Below, piece by piece: positions 29,651-39,695 of a DNA stretch of 64,000 bases (position 1 is its first letter; each line of letters begins with the position of its first letter). Source of the stretch: an uncultured Rubrivirga sp. (GTDB lineage Bacteria > Actinomycetota > Actinomycetes > S36-B12); assembly GCA_964550285.1 (NCBI GenBank), contig CAZJYN010000001.1, forward strand, positions 50,620 through 114,619. Direction: 5' to 3'. The notes beneath the pieces were generated by a model. That model saw only the letters and a list, made by a program, of their open reading frames with translations, was not told the origin of the DNA and made no database searches. The translations under genes were made by a program, and so were the position numbers.

Positions 29651-31015
29651 CTACATACTCGCTAGGAGGCGATCGACACGATCGTCGACGCTAGCGAAGG
29701 GGTCCTTACACAGCACGGTGCGCTGGGCTTGGTCGTTTAATTTCAGGTGCACCCAATCGACGGTGAAGTCGCGGCGGCGCTCTTGAGCCCGCCGGACGAA
29801 ATCGCCACGCAACTTCGCCCGGGTGGTCTGCGGTGGAACGTTCTTCGCCTCGAATACCTCCGGATCGTGGGTTACCCGGCTGGCCAAACCACGCCGCTCC
29901 AGCAGGTAGAAGAGCCCGCGATCGCGGCGGATGTCGTGGTAGGCCAGATCCAACTGCGCGATGCGGGTATCGGACAGTGATAGGTCGTGCTTGTCCATGT
30001 ACCGCTGCAGCAGATTGCGCTTGATCACCCAATCGATCTCAGTGTCGACTGCGCCGAAGTCTTGGGCCTCCACAGCCTTCAGCGAGCGCTCCCACAGGTC
30101 CAGGACTCGGGCGGTGGTCGGATCCGAACGCAAACCCCGACGGTCCACGTACTGGGTCACCTTGTCCAGGTATTCCCACTGCATCTGCAGCGCCGACAGT
30201 TCCCGGCCGGTGGACAACGGCACCTGACGGGTTCCGGTCGTGTCGTGGCTGATCTCCCGGATAGCGCGGATCGGGTTTTCGAAGGACATGTCCCGCATGA
30301 CCATGCCCGATTCGAGCATTCGCAGCACCAGATCGGCTGCACCGACTTTCAGCAACGCGGTGGTCTCACTCATGTTGCTATCCCCCACGATGACGTGGAG
30401 TCGGCGGTATAGGTCGGCGTCGGCGTGCGGCTCATCGCGGGTGTTGATGATCGGACGCGAGCGGGTCGTCGCGCTCGAGACGCCCTCCCAGATGTGGTCC
30501 GCCCGCTGGCTGACGCAATACACGGCGCCGCGGGGAGTCTGCAGGACCTTCCCCGCCCCGGTGACTATCTGTCGGGAGATCAGGAACGGGATGAAGCCCT
30601 CGGCCAAGGACAGGAAGTCGGTGGACCGCTCGACTAGGTAGTTCTCGTGGCAGCCGTAGGAGTTACCGGCCGAATCGGTGTTGTTCTTGAACAAGTAGAT
30701 GTCGCCGGTTATGCCTTCCTCGCGCAAGCGCCCCTCGGCGTCCATGCACAAACCCTCGAGGATGCGCTCACCGGCCCGATCGTGGGTGATGAGCTGTTCG
30801 ATGCTGTCGCACTCGGCGGTGGCGTACTCCGGATGCGACCCGACGTCGAGGTACAGGCGCGATCCGTTGCGCAAGAAGACGTTGCTGCTGCGTCCCCAGG
30901 CCACCACTCGACGGAACAAGTAGCGGGCGACCTCATCGGGACTCAGCCGCCGCTGACCACGAAAAGTGCACGTGACGCCGTATTCGGTCTCGATACCGAA
31001 TATCCGTCGATCCAT
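29651..31015 (-). CDS. pafA: Pup--protein ligase PafA
   Basis: [14 protein letters not shown]..., 454 aa, conserved throughout the PafA/Dop family, lacking the Dop-specific insert. Confidence 0.95.
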   Translation of the reverse strand: MDRRIFGIETEYGVTCTFRGQRRLSPDEVARYLFRRVVAWGRSSNVFLRNGSRLYLDVGSHPEYATAECDSIEQLITHDRAGERILEGLCMDAEGRLREEGITGDIYLFKNNTDSAGNSYGCHENYLVERSTDFLSLAEGFIPFLISRQIVTGAGKVLQTPRGAVYCVSQRADHIWEGVSSATTRSRPIINTRDEPHADADLYRRLHVIVGDSNMSETTALLKVGAADLVLRMLESGMVMRDMSFENPIRAIREISHDTTGTRQVPLSTGRELSALQMQWEYLDKVTQYVDRRGLRSDPTTARVLDLWERSLKAVEAQDFGAVDTEIDWVIKRNLLQRYMDKHDLSLSDTRIAQLDLAYHDIRRDRGLFYLLERRGLASRVTHDPEVFEAKNVPPQTTRAKLRGDFVRRAQERRRDFTVDWVHLKLNDQAQRTVLCKDPFASVDDRVDRLLASM

Positions 31016-31021
31016 CGCTCC

Positions 31022-31027
31022 ACTGTA
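31022..31027 (-). promoter_or_regulatory. -10 hexamer TACAGT, predicted leaderless promoter of pafA
   Basis: Reverse complement of actgta; 6-nt spacer to ATG at 31015. Confidence 0.45.
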
Positions 31028-31066
31028 GGGCCGTGCTGGCTCGGAGGCGACTAGGCAGCCGGGCGA

Positions 31067-31756
31067 CTAGGCAAGCAGCGCCTCGAGCTCAGCCCCCTCG
31101 ATCCGACGGAATGCCCGACGCGGCCGGGTTCGATCCAAGATCGCAACCTCCAGGTCCGAGGCTGGCAGTTCGCGGGCCTCCTCGGTGCCGTGCTCACCGA
31201 GGGCGTGAACGGCCTGGCGCAGGGAGGTAGCCAGGTCCTGACCGGGCGCCCAGGCCGCGGAAAGCGCTCCGGCGATCGCTTCGGCGGACCCACCCATGGC
31301 CACGAAGCCGTGCTCGTCGGCGACCGAGCCATCGAAGGTCAGTCGGTACAACTGATCGCCGGCCTCGTCCGCACCCACCTCGGCCACCACGATCTCGACC
31401 TCGAAGGGCTTGGCGGTCTCGGTGAAAATCGATCCCAGGGTCTGGGCGTAGGCGTTCGCCAGGCTCCTGACGGTGACGTCGGTGCGGTCGTAGGAGTATC
31501 CCCGCATGTCCGCTAGCCGGATCCCGGCTACTCGCAGGTTCTCGAATTCGTTGTATTTGCCAACCGCGGCGAAACCGATTCGATCGTAGATCTCACTGAT
31601 CTTGTGCAGCGCCTTGGAGGGGTTCTCCGCTACGAACACCACACCATCTGCGTATTGCGCAACGACGACGCTTCGTCCTCGCGCGATGCCCTTGCGCGCG
31701 AAGTCCGCCTTGTCCTTCATGATCTGTTCGGGCGAGACGTAGAACGGAACGCTCAT
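31067..31756 (-). CDS. prcA: 20S proteasome alpha subunit
   Basis: [29 protein letters not shown]...; ATGA overlap with prcB. Confidence 0.95.
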   Translation of the reverse strand: MSVPFYVSPEQIMKDKADFARKGIARGRSVVVAQYADGVVFVAENPSKALHKISEIYDRIGFAAVGKYNEFENLRVAGIRLADMRGYSYDRTDVTVRSLANAYAQTLGSIFTETAKPFEVEIVVAEVGADEAGDQLYRLTFDGSVADEHGFVAMGGSAEAIAGALSAAWAPGQDLATSLRQAVHALGEHGTEEARELPASDLEVAILDRTRPRRAFRRIEGAELEALLA

Positions 31757-32574
31757 GCAAGATCACCTCCCACTTGAGCCCATGGACCGCCCGGTCGACG
31801 CATGCGTTCGGCGAGCATGTCCTCGGCAGCTTGGGCCAGTGCGTCCTCCTCGATCATCTGCACACCTTCGGGACGCACGACAGCCACCACCGGGAAGATT
31901 CTCCGAGTGAGGTCGGGTCCGCTGGTGGCGCTGTCATCGTCGGCGGCGTCGTACAAGGCCTCGAGGGCAACACGTACCGACTGTTCGGCCGTTGCATCGA
32001 AGTGGAACAACTTCTTCAACGACCCCCGAGCGAAACTCGATCCGGAACCGACGGCGTAGTAATCGTGCTCCTCGTAGCGTCCACCGGTGACGTCGTAGGA
32101 GAAGATGCGTCCGCGGTCGGCGTCGTCGTCGTAGCCAGCGAACAGGGGAACCACGGCGAGTCCCTGCATCGCCATTCCCAGATTGCCCCGCAGCAGTGTC
32201 GAGAGCCTGTTGGCCTTACCGTCCAGTGATAACGAGGTGCCTTCGATTTTCTCGTAGTGCTCCAACTCGACTTGGAACAGTCGGACCAGTTCGACAGCGA
32301 TACCCGCGGTGCCGGCGATGCCCACCACCGAATGGCTGTCTGCCTCGAAAACCTTTTGGACATCGCGCTGGGCGATGACGTTTCCCATGGTCGCCCGGCG
32401 ATCCCCGGCCATGACGACACCACCGTCGAAGCACAACGCGACGATGGTCGTGCCGTGTGGGGCCTCGACCGAGCCGACGGTATTCACGGGCGTGGGTCCT
32501 CCGATCGATGCCAGGAAGTCGGCGAAGGAAGGCGATCCCAGGGCGCGATAACTCGGCGGGAACTGGGCTGTCAC
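31753..32574 (-). CDS. prcB: 20S proteasome beta subunit (with propeptide)
   Basis: Propeptide then the catalytic Thr in HG/TTIVAL; GTG start overlaps the pup stop. Confidence 0.95.
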   Translation of the reverse strand: MTAQFPPSYRALGSPSFADFLASIGGPTPVNTVGSVEAPHGTTIVALCFDGGVVMAGDRRATMGNVIAQRDVQKVFEADSHSVVGIAGTAGIAVELVRLFQVELEHYEKIEGTSLSLDGKANRLSTLLRGNLGMAMQGLAVVPLFAGYDDDADRGRIFSYDVTGGRYEEHDYYAVGSGSSFARGSLKKLFHFDATAEQSVRVALEALYDAADDDSATSGPDLTRRIFPVVAVVRPEGVQMIEEDALAQAAEDMLAERMRRPGGPWAQVGGDLA

Positions 32575-32783
32575 TGCCCACCCTTTTGCACGAACGACTT
32601 CACGAAGTCCTCGGCGTTTTCCTCGAGGACGCCGTCGATCTCGTCGAGGATGGAATCGACGTCATCGTCGAGTGCTTCCTTCTCCTCGGTCGAGGTCGCC
32701 GATGCGCTCGGTTCCTCGAGGACTTCGTCGGTCTCCTCGCGCTTGGAAACCTTCTTTTGCTCAGCGTTCTCCCTGGCGGCCAT
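32571..32783 (-). CDS. pup: prokaryotic ubiquitin-like protein Pup
   Basis: 70 aa, acidic, ends ...FVQKGGQ (the C-terminal Gln requires Dop deamidation). Confidence 0.95.
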   Translation of the reverse strand: MAARENAEQKKVSKREETDEVLEEPSASATSTEEKEALDDDVDSILDEIDGVLEENAEDFVKSFVQKGGQ

Positions 32784-32800
32784 CTACCCAGGGTATCTGG

Positions 32801-34321
32801 CTACCCCTCGGTCAGCGCGTCGATCAGGGCGCTGGCGTCGGCGCTGGCGTCGAGTAGCTCGCCGACGTGATCCTTCGTGCCGCGGGTCGGCTCGAGGGTG
32901 GGCACCCGCAGCAGCGTGTCGCGTTCGGGTAGGTCGAACACCACCGAATCCCACGAGGCTGCCGCGACGCTTTCGGGGTACTGGCTCATACATCTCCCGC
33001 GGAAATACGCGCGGGTATCGGTAGGTGGATCGTCGCACGCTTGCTGCACGGTGGGCTCATCGAACATCCGCTGCAAGCGGCCCCGCTGTTCGAGCCGAGC
33101 CGCCAATCCCTTGTCCGGCCGGATATCGGCGTATTGCAGATCGACGAGGGCCAATCGGGCGTCGTCCCATGGCAGGTCGTCGCGGCGGACGTAACCCTCG
33201 AGCAGACCCAACTTGGCCACCCAGTCGACGGTGTCGGAGACGCTGGATGGATCCGTGGCAAGCGCATCGAGGTGGGCGCCCCACTTGGTGAGGACGTCCT
33301 TGGTCTGTTCGTCGTATTGCGAACCCCATCGCGAATCGCAGTACTCCCAGGCGCGCTCTAGGAACTCGCGCTGCATCTGCACCGCTGTCCATCGGCGACC
33401 ACCACTGAGGGCGATCTCGTGCTGTAGGTCGAGGTCATGGGAAACCCGATGCATCTCGGCCACCGGTTCGAGGGGCATGGCATCCAAGGGCCCGAGGAAT
33501 CCATCCTCGATCATCGAGAGCACGATCGCGGTCGTGCCCATCTTCAAGTAGGTGGCGGTGTCGCTTAAGTTGGCGTCGCCCACGATCACGTGCAAGCGGC
33601 GGTACTTCTCCGGATCGGCGTGCGGTTCGTCCCGCGTGTTGATGATCGGCCGCTTCAAGGTGGTTTCCAGCCCCACCTCGACCTCGAAGAAGTCAGCGCG
33701 CTGGCTGAGTTGGTACTGGGGGGTGCGCCCGTCTTGCCCGATGCCCAGGCGACCGGCTCCGGTGAATACCTGTCGCGAAATGAAGAAGGGCGTGAGGTGC
33801 CGGACCACTTCGGAGAAGGCGGTGGCGCGCCGCATCAGGTAGTTCTCGTGGCATCCGTATGAGGCGCCCTTGTTGTCGGTGTTGTTCTTGTACAACACGA
33901 TGTTCGCGCCACCGGGAACCGCGGCTGCGGCGCCCGATGCGGCGTTCATGATGTTCACACCTGCCCGATCCCACAAGACCGCATCACGTGGGTTGGTGAC
34001 TTCTGGGGTGGAGTATTCGGGGTGTGCGTGATCGACGTACAGCCGTGCTCCGTTCGGCAAGATGACGTTCGCCAGTCCTAGGTCCTCGTCGGTCAGCTGG
34101 GACGGATCGGCCTCGGCCCGGGTCATGTCGTATCCCCGCGCATCGCGAAGCGGCGATTCTTCGTCGTAGTCCCAACGCGGTTTCGTGGCGCCAGGCGCGG
34201 AGAGCAGATGGGCGTAGGCGTTGACGATCTGCGAGGAGGTCACCATCGCATTCATCGTGGGATGCCCGGGCACGGTGATCCCGTACTCGGTTTCGAGCCC
34301 CATGATGCGATGAACGCTCAT
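32801..34321 (-). CDS. dop: Pup deamidase/depupylase Dop
   Basis: MSVHRIMGLETEYGI..., 506 aa, PafA paralogue with an internal insertion. Confidence 0.95.
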   Translation of the reverse strand: MSVHRIMGLETEYGITVPGHPTMNAMVTSSQIVNAYAHLLSAPGATKPRWDYDEESPLRDARGYDMTRAEADPSQLTDEDLGLANVILPNGARLYVDHAHPEYSTPEVTNPRDAVLWDRAGVNIMNAASGAAAAVPGGANIVLYKNNTDNKGASYGCHENYLMRRATAFSEVVRHLTPFFISRQVFTGAGRLGIGQDGRTPQYQLSQRADFFEVEVGLETTLKRPIINTRDEPHADPEKYRRLHVIVGDANLSDTATYLKMGTTAIVLSMIEDGFLGPLDAMPLEPVAEMHRVSHDLDLQHEIALSGGRRWTAVQMQREFLERAWEYCDSRWGSQYDEQTKDVLTKWGAHLDALATDPSSVSDTVDWVAKLGLLEGYVRRDDLPWDDARLALVDLQYADIRPDKGLAARLEQRGRLQRMFDEPTVQQACDDPPTDTRAYFRGRCMSQYPESVAAASWDSVVFDLPERDTLLRVPTLEPTRGTKDHVGELLDASADASALIDALTEG

Positions 34322-34353
34322 CTGCTTGCCGTTGTCTTAGTCGACCGCAGTGG

Positions 34354-36009
34354 CTACAGGTACTGGCCGGTGTTGGCCACGTTGTCGATGCTGCGACCGG
34401 GACCGCCTCCGGTCTTGCCCTGGATCAGCGTGCGGATGAAAACGATCCGCTCGCCCTTCTTACCCGAGATGCGCGCCCAGTCATCCGGATTCGTGGTGTT
34501 GGGCAGGTCCTCGTTCTCGCGGAACTCATCCACGCAGGCATCCAGCAGGTGCTGCACGCGGATGCCCTTCTCGCCGGTGTTCAAGAAGTCCTTGATCGCT
34601 GACTTCTTGGCGCGGGAGACGATGTTCTCGAGCATGGCGCCGGAGTTGAAGTCTTTGAAGTACAAGATCTCCTTGTCGCCGCCTTCGTAGGTGACCTCCA
34701 AGAACCGGTTCTCCTCCGACTCGGCGTACATGCGCTCGATCGCCCGCTGGATCATCGCAGAACACGCGAGGTCGGGGTCTCCCCCGTGCTCAGCTAGGTC
34801 CTCCCGATGGATCGGTAGTCCCGGGACCAGGTACTTGCTCATGATGTCCTGCGCGGACTCCGCATCGGGACGTTCGATCTTGATCTTCACGTCCAACCGA
34901 CCCGGACGCAGGATCGCTGGGTCGATCATGTCCTCGCGGTTCGAGGCGCCGATGACGATGACGTTCTCCAGGCTCTCCACGCCGTCGATCTCACTGAGCA
35001 ATTGCGGCACGATGGTGTTCTCGACATCGCTGCTGACGCCGCTTCCGCGGGTGCGGAACAGCGAATCCATCTCATCGAAGAACACGATCACGGGCATGCC
35101 CTCGGACGCCTTCTCGCGGGCCCGCTGGAAGACGAGTCGGATGTGCCGCTCGGTTTCGCCGACGTACTTGTTGAGCAGTTCGGGACCCTTGATGTTCAAA
35201 AAGTAGCTCTTGGCCTCGAGCTTGCCGGTCTTCTCGGCCACCTTCTTTGCTAGCGAGTTGGCCACGGCCTTGGCGATCAGCGTCTTGCCGCATCCGGGCG
35301 GGCCGTAAAGCAAGATGCCCTTGGGGGCGCGCAGATCGTGCTCGGCGAACAGATCGGCGTGCACGTACGGCAGTTCGACGGCGTCGCGGATGGAGTCGAT
35401 TTGTGTTCCTAGGCCACCGATTTGCCCGTACCCGATATCGGGCACCTCCTCGAGGACGAGTTCCTCCACCTCGGCGCGGGGCACCCGCTCGATCACGTAG
35501 CCGCTGCGCAGGTCGCACAGCAGTGCCTCTCCAGCGCGGAGCACCTCACCGTGAAGTGGGGTCCCGACGCGCACCACCCGCTCTTCGTCGGCGCCGGCGA
35601 CGACCACGCACCGATCGGGACCGAGCATCTCCTTGAAGGTCACGATGTCGCCGACGACCTCGAACTCGCGCTTGGCCACCACGTTCATCGACTCGTTCAA
35701 GACGACCTCTTGACCGGCGAGGAGTTGATCGGCACCGACCGCCGGGCTGACCGCCACCCGCATCTTGCGCCCGGAAGCGATGACGTCGACCGAGCCATCC
35801 TCGTGCGCCTCGACGAAGGTCCCGTATCCACTAGGTGGCTCCCCCAGTCGATCGACCTCGGCCTTCAGTGCAACGATTTGCTCGCGCGCGTCTCGCAGCG
35901 TGGTGATCAGCCGCTGATTGTGGTCCTTTTGGGCCGCTAGTTCACCTCGCACCTCGCTCAGTGCGGTCTCTAGGGCCAGCAGCCTGCTCTCCGGGCTCGG
36001 ATTGCTCAC
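34354..36009 (-). CDS. arc: proteasome-associated AAA ATPase ARC/Mpa
   Basis: N-terminal coiled coil, Walker [10 protein letters not shown]-terminal ...NTGQYL proteasome-docking motif; SD gaggagg before the GTG start. Confidence 0.95.
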   Translation of the reverse strand: MSNPSPESRLLALETALSEVRGELAAQKDHNQRLITTLRDAREQIVALKAEVDRLGEPPSGYGTFVEAHEDGSVDVIASGRKMRVAVSPAVGADQLLAGQEVVLNESMNVVAKREFEVVGDIVTFKEMLGPDRCVVVAGADEERVVRVGTPLHGEVLRAGEALLCDLRSGYVIERVPRAEVEELVLEEVPDIGYGQIGGLGTQIDSIRDAVELPYVHADLFAEHDLRAPKGILLYGPPGCGKTLIAKAVANSLAKKVAEKTGKLEAKSYFLNIKGPELLNKYVGETERHIRLVFQRAREKASEGMPVIVFFDEMDSLFRTRGSGVSSDVENTIVPQLLSEIDGVESLENVIVIGASNREDMIDPAILRPGRLDVKIKIERPDAESAQDIMSKYLVPGLPIHREDLAEHGGDPDLACSAMIQRAIERMYAESEENRFLEVTYEGGDKEILYFKDFNSGAMLENIVSRAKKSAIKDFLNTGEKGIRVQHLLDACVDEFRENEDLPNTTNPDDWARISGKKGERIVFIRTLIQGKTGGGPGRSIDNVANTGQYL

Positions 36010-36043
36010 CGGAACCTCCTCGCTCGGTGGACGACAACCGACC

Positions 36044-37048
36044 CTAACCCGCTTCGGGCTCGGCCACCTGCTCAGCCGCCTGCTCAGCCGCCTGCTCGCG
36101 CACCCGACGCCCGCCCGGTCCGTCGTAGTCGGGGCCGTAGGCGCCAGGAGCCGGGCGCCGCTTGCGCTCGGGAGCCCGTTGACCAGGTGCCATGGCCCGG
36201 CTGGCTACCAAGAACCCGGTATGCCCGGACATCCGGTGATCTGGACGCACCGCCAGCCCGTCCAGGTGCCAGGTGCGAACGATGGACTCCTCGGCTCGGG
36301 GCTCGATCCAGCGTCCGCTCTCCCGCATGGTCTCCACCAGACGGGACATTTGGGTGGTGGTCGCCACGTAAGCCACCAGCGAGCCGCCCGGGCGCAAGGC
36401 GGACGACACGACATCCAGGCATTCCCACGGCGCCAGCATGTCCAAGACGACGGCGTCCCAGGAGGCCGGCTCGAATGATCCGAGCGATCCGAGCGATACG
36501 TCTTGCAGGTCGTCTTCAAGCAGTTGCCACGAAGTGGGCCATCCGCCGAACCAGCGACAGATGTTCTCCGCGGCTACCTCGGCGAAGTCCGAGCGCCGCT
36601 CGACGCTGAGCACCGTGCCGCTGGGGCCCACAGCCCGCAGCAGATAGCAAGAAAGGGCACCGGATCCGGCACCGGCCTCCAGGACGCAGGCGCCGGGCCC
36701 GAGGTCGGCGAGGGACACGATGCGCGCCGCGTCCTTGGGGTAGATGACCGCCGCCGCGCGGGGCATCCCAAGGACGTAGTCGTCCAGGCCCGGCCGCTGC
36801 ACGAGGAACTCGATGCCGCGCGAGGAGGTAACTACGCTGCCTTCGGCTGCGCCGATGAGGTGGTCATGGGCCACTTGGCCGCGATGGGTATGCAAGATCT
36901 CCCCGGGCTTGGCGGTGATCGTCTTCTTGGTGCCACGCGGATCGGTGAGTTGCACGAGATCACCCGACGCGATCGTCCCGGACGCCCGGGGTGCGATCTG
37001 CACGTGTTCGCGCGGCGCCGGTGGGTGCGTCGGACGCTTGCGAGCCAT
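36044..37048 (-). CDS. trmI: tRNA (adenine58-N1)-methyltransferase TrmI
   Basis: Start at ATG 37048 ([10 protein letters not shown]...) within ORF 36044..37432. SAM motif [12 protein letters not shown]. Rv2118c-like position next to arc. Low-complexity C-terminal tail. Confidence 0.85.
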   Translation of the reverse strand: MARKRPTHPPAPREHVQIAPRASGTIASGDLVQLTDPRGTKKTITAKPGEILHTHRGQVAHDHLIGAAEGSVVTSSRGIEFLVQRPGLDDYVLGMPRAAAVIYPKDAARIVSLADLGPGACVLEAGAGSGALSCYLLRAVGPSGTVLSVERRSDFAEVAAENICRWFGGWPTSWQLLEDDLQDVSLGSLGSFEPASWDAVVLDMLAPWECLDVVSSALRPGGSLVAYVATTTQMSRLVETMRESGRWIEPRAEESIVRTWHLDGLAVRPDHRMSGHTGFLVASRAMAPGQRAPERKRRPAPGAYGPDYDGPGGRRVREQAAEQAAEQVAEPEAG

Positions 37049-37101
37049 TCGGGCGAGGATAGTGGGCGTGGCATCAACCACCTCGTGGGTGGAACCGCCC
37101 C

Positions 37102-37107
37102 TACAGT
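37102..37107 (+). promoter_or_regulatory. -10 hexamer TACAGT, predicted leaderless promoter
   Basis: TANNNT; 6-nt spacer to GTG 37114. Confidence 0.45.
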
Positions 37108-37113
37108 GCGGGG

Positions 37114-37929
37114 GTGTTCCCGAAAACCCTCTCGCCCTCGCGTGCCGGGGACTTCTTGACTTGTCCGCTGCTTTATCGGTTGCGGGTGGTGGACAAGCTT
37201 CCCGAGCCGCCATCGGCGGTTGCGATCCGTGGAACCTTGGTGCACGCAGCGCTGGAGGACCTGTTCGCATTGCCGGCCGATGAACGCACGATCGAGCGCG
37301 CGGGCGAGCTATTCGCAGATCGATTCGGCGAACTGGCCCTAAGCGATCCCCCTGCGGCCGAGGCGCTACTCGAAGGACTCGATGAGGCCACAACGGCAAC
37401 ACCCGAAGCCGCTGCAGCAGCGGTGCTGGCACCGGCCCGGACGCTGCTGGAGACGTACTTCACCCTGGAGGACCCCACCCGCCTGGACCCCCACGCCCGA
37501 GAACTCGCGGTCAGTGCCGAACTGGAATCCGGGCTCACCGTTCGAGGCTTCATCGATCGGGTGGATCGGGCCCCCGATGGGCGCATTCGACTCGTCGACT
37601 ACAAGACCGGTCGCAGCCCCGGCTCCGGCTTCGAGTCCAAGGCGATGTTCCAGATGCGCTTCTACGCGCTGGTGTGGTGGCGCATGACCGGAGACATCCC
37701 TACTCGGTTGCAGTTGCTTTATCTCAAGGATGGCCAGGTGATCCATTACGACCCGAATGCCGAGGACCTCGCGGCGACCGAGCGCAAGATCCTGGCGATC
37801 CGCGAAGCCATCGCCAAGGCCATGGGCGCCGGATTCCAACCCTCACCTTCCGGGCTGTGCGCCTACTGCGCCTTCCATGAGTTCTGTCCCGCCCAAGGGG
37901 GGACGACCCCGCCGATGCCGATTGCCTAA
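37114..37929 (+). CDS. PD-(D/E)XK (RecB-family) nuclease with C-terminal Cys cluster (Rv2119-like)
   Basis: GFIDRVDRAPDGRIRLVDYKTGRSP nuclease motif; C-terminal CAYCAFHEFC suggests a Fe-S/Zn site together with the N-terminal C (DFLTCPLLY). Confidence 0.8.
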   Translation: MFPKTLSPSRAGDFLTCPLLYRLRVVDKLPEPPSAVAIRGTLVHAALEDLFALPADERTIERAGELFADRFGELALSDPPAAEALLEGLDEATTATPEAAAAAVLAPARTLLETYFTLEDPTRLDPHARELAVSAELESGLTVRGFIDRVDRAPDGRIRLVDYKTGRSPGSGFESKAMFQMRFYALVWWRMTGDIPTRLQLLYLKDGQVIHYDPNAEDLAATERKILAIREAIAKAMGAGFQPSPSGLCAYCAFHEFCPAQGGTTPPMPIA

Positions 37930-37954
37930 CGCCGGTGCCTAGGAGCCAGCCCCG

Positions 37955-38698
37955 CTAGCCGACGGCCAGGCTCCACAGCGCGCGCGGGCTACACCCCTCC
38001 AACGACGACACCACGACGGCCCGGTCGGCACCGGAGACGATGTCGTCGACGGCAGCGATGTGCGGCACGGCGACCACGGTGCACCCGGCCGCTATCGCCG
38101 AACACACGCCGGTGGGTGAGTCCTCGATGGCTAAGCAGTCGACCGGCTGCACGCCGAGCGCCGCGGCCGCGGCCAGGTAGGGCTCCGGGTGGGGCTTGCT
38201 GTTCACCACGTGATCCCCGGCGATGACGACATCGAAAGGATCGAGCCCGAACTCGAGCTCGATTCGATCGCTTAGCGCCGCTACGAGCCTGGCCCATGAG
38301 GCTGTCACGAGTGCGGTGGGTAGCTGCCCGGCCAGACACGAACGCAGGAACTGCGCGGCCCCCGGGCGCCAGACCAGTGGTTCGCTGCGCATGTAGGCCT
38401 CGATGGACTCCAGCAGCATCGATCCGACCTCATCTGGGGAGTGGATGGTGTCGTCGTGGGCCGTCTTCGCCTTGCCGGCCATGTACGCGGCCACCCGTTC
38501 GAGGGGGCCACCGAGGCAGTGGGCTTGGTCCTCGGGCGTCCAACTCGAGCCCAGTTGATCCATTACATCTTCCTCGGCCCGCAACCACAGGTGCTCGCTA
38601 TCGACCAACGTGCCGTCCATGTCCAACAAGACGGCGCTCGGGCCACCCGGGCCACCCGGGCCATTCGAGACATTCGGGCCACTCGCCGACGCGCGCAT
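37955..38698 (-). CDS. HAD family hydrolase (beta-phosphoglucomutase-like phosphatase)
   Basis: VLLDMDGTLVDSE motif I, VTAS motif II, AIEDSPTG motif IV. The N-terminal 20 aa are encoded by a 9-bp periodic repeat. Confidence 0.8.
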   Translation of the reverse strand: MRASASGPNVSNGPGGPGGPSAVLLDMDGTLVDSEHLWLRAEEDVMDQLGSSWTPEDQAHCLGGPLERVAAYMAGKAKTAHDDTIHSPDEVGSMLLESIEAYMRSEPLVWRPGAAQFLRSCLAGQLPTALVTASWARLVAALSDRIELEFGLDPFDVVIAGDHVVNSKPHPEPYLAAAAALGVQPVDCLAIEDSPTGVCSAIAAGCTVVAVPHIAAVDDIVSGADRAVVVSSLEGCSPRALWSLAVG

Positions 38699-38730
38699 GA
38701 TGCGGGCAGTCTAGGAAGTCGTTCGACCAC

Positions 38731-38736
38731 TACCGT
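38731..38736 (+). promoter_or_regulatory. -10 hexamer TACCGT, predicted leaderless promoter
   Basis: TANNNT; 6-nt spacer to GTG 38743. Confidence 0.45.
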
Positions 38737-38742
38737 TCCCAC

Positions 38743-39687
38743 GTGCTCATTCACGCATCCGATCAAGTCCCCCTCGTTGCCGAGATGCTGGGAAGGCCGC
38801 CGGCTGGCGATCACCACGCCGACGACGACATCCCCTTGGTACTGCTGCACGGACTGTCGCAACAGCGCCACTACTGGGGTCCGGTCCTGCAGCGCCTGCG
38901 GGGCCGCCGCGTCATCACGGTCGATCAGCGTGGGCACGGCGATGCCGCTACCGATGCCGTAGGTCCGGAATCGGACTTCACGATGGATCGTCTCGCCGAC
39001 GACGTCGCGGCGGTTCTCGATGCCTTCGAGGTGCCTGAGGCCATCGTGGTCGGACACTCCTGGGGTGCCTCGGTCGCGCTGCATACAGCCGCTCGCTATC
39101 GCGATCGCGTGCGGTCCGCCGTCCTCATCGACGGAGGACTGTTCGGTCCGCGGCACCTGGTGGACGACACCCGATCGCTTGCCGACGTTCGCGAACAACT
39201 GCGCCCGCCGCCGCTGGGGATGCTCGAGCCCGTCTTGTGGCAGGCGATCTCCGGTGGGGATCTGTCTCCTTATTGGAATCGGGAGGTTCGAGCGGCACTC
39301 GAGCCCACCTTCAGTGCCGACGATGCCGGGCGAGTCACCACACGGCTGGGTATGGATCGACATATGGCCGTGCTCGACGGGCTCATCGACTACGACCCAG
39401 CGCCGGACGTCCGAGAGGTCTCTTGCCCGACCTGGGTGGTCTCCTGCGAACCGCGTGGCGTGGAGTCAGGGACCGAAGCGGCCGAAGAGGTCGACGACGA
39501 TCTGTCCGTCGCGTGGCTCCAGGCACGCCAGCGCACCCTGGTGGATCTGCCCCGTCCGTTCTTCCTCCAACGCTGGTTCGGGGCCCTGCACGACGTACCC
39601 TTGCAGTGGCCGGCGATGGTCGCCGGGCTGCTCGAGACGGTCGCTGAGCGAATCGAGCCGCCGCGCGAGGATCCGAAGGGGGCCTAG
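38743..39687 (+). CDS. alpha/beta hydrolase
   Basis: LVLLHGLSQQRHYW oxyanion region and nucleophile elbow VGHSWG. Confidence 0.8.
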   Translation: MLIHASDQVPLVAEMLGRPPAGDHHADDDIPLVLLHGLSQQRHYWGPVLQRLRGRRVITVDQRGHGDAATDAVGPESDFTMDRLADDVAAVLDAFEVPEAIVVGHSWGASVALHTAARYRDRVRSAVLIDGGLFGPRHLVDDTRSLADVREQLRPPPLGMLEPVLWQAISGGDLSPYWNREVRAALEPTFSADDAGRVTTRLGMDRHMAVLDGLIDYDPAPDVREVSCPTWVVSCEPRGVESGTEAAEEVDDDLSVAWLQARQRTLVDLPRPFFLQRWFGALHDVPLQWPAMVAGLLETVAERIEPPREDPKGA

Positions 39688-39695
39688 GTTCCACT

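Noticed and set aside
37049-37432. 128-codon N-terminal extension of the TrmI ORF (36044..37432).
   Set aside because: It would run through the divergent promoter region and overlap the RecB-like gene. The translated sequence is Arg/Pro-rich. ATG 37048 gives a normal TrmI N-terminus with a -10-like hexamer upstream.
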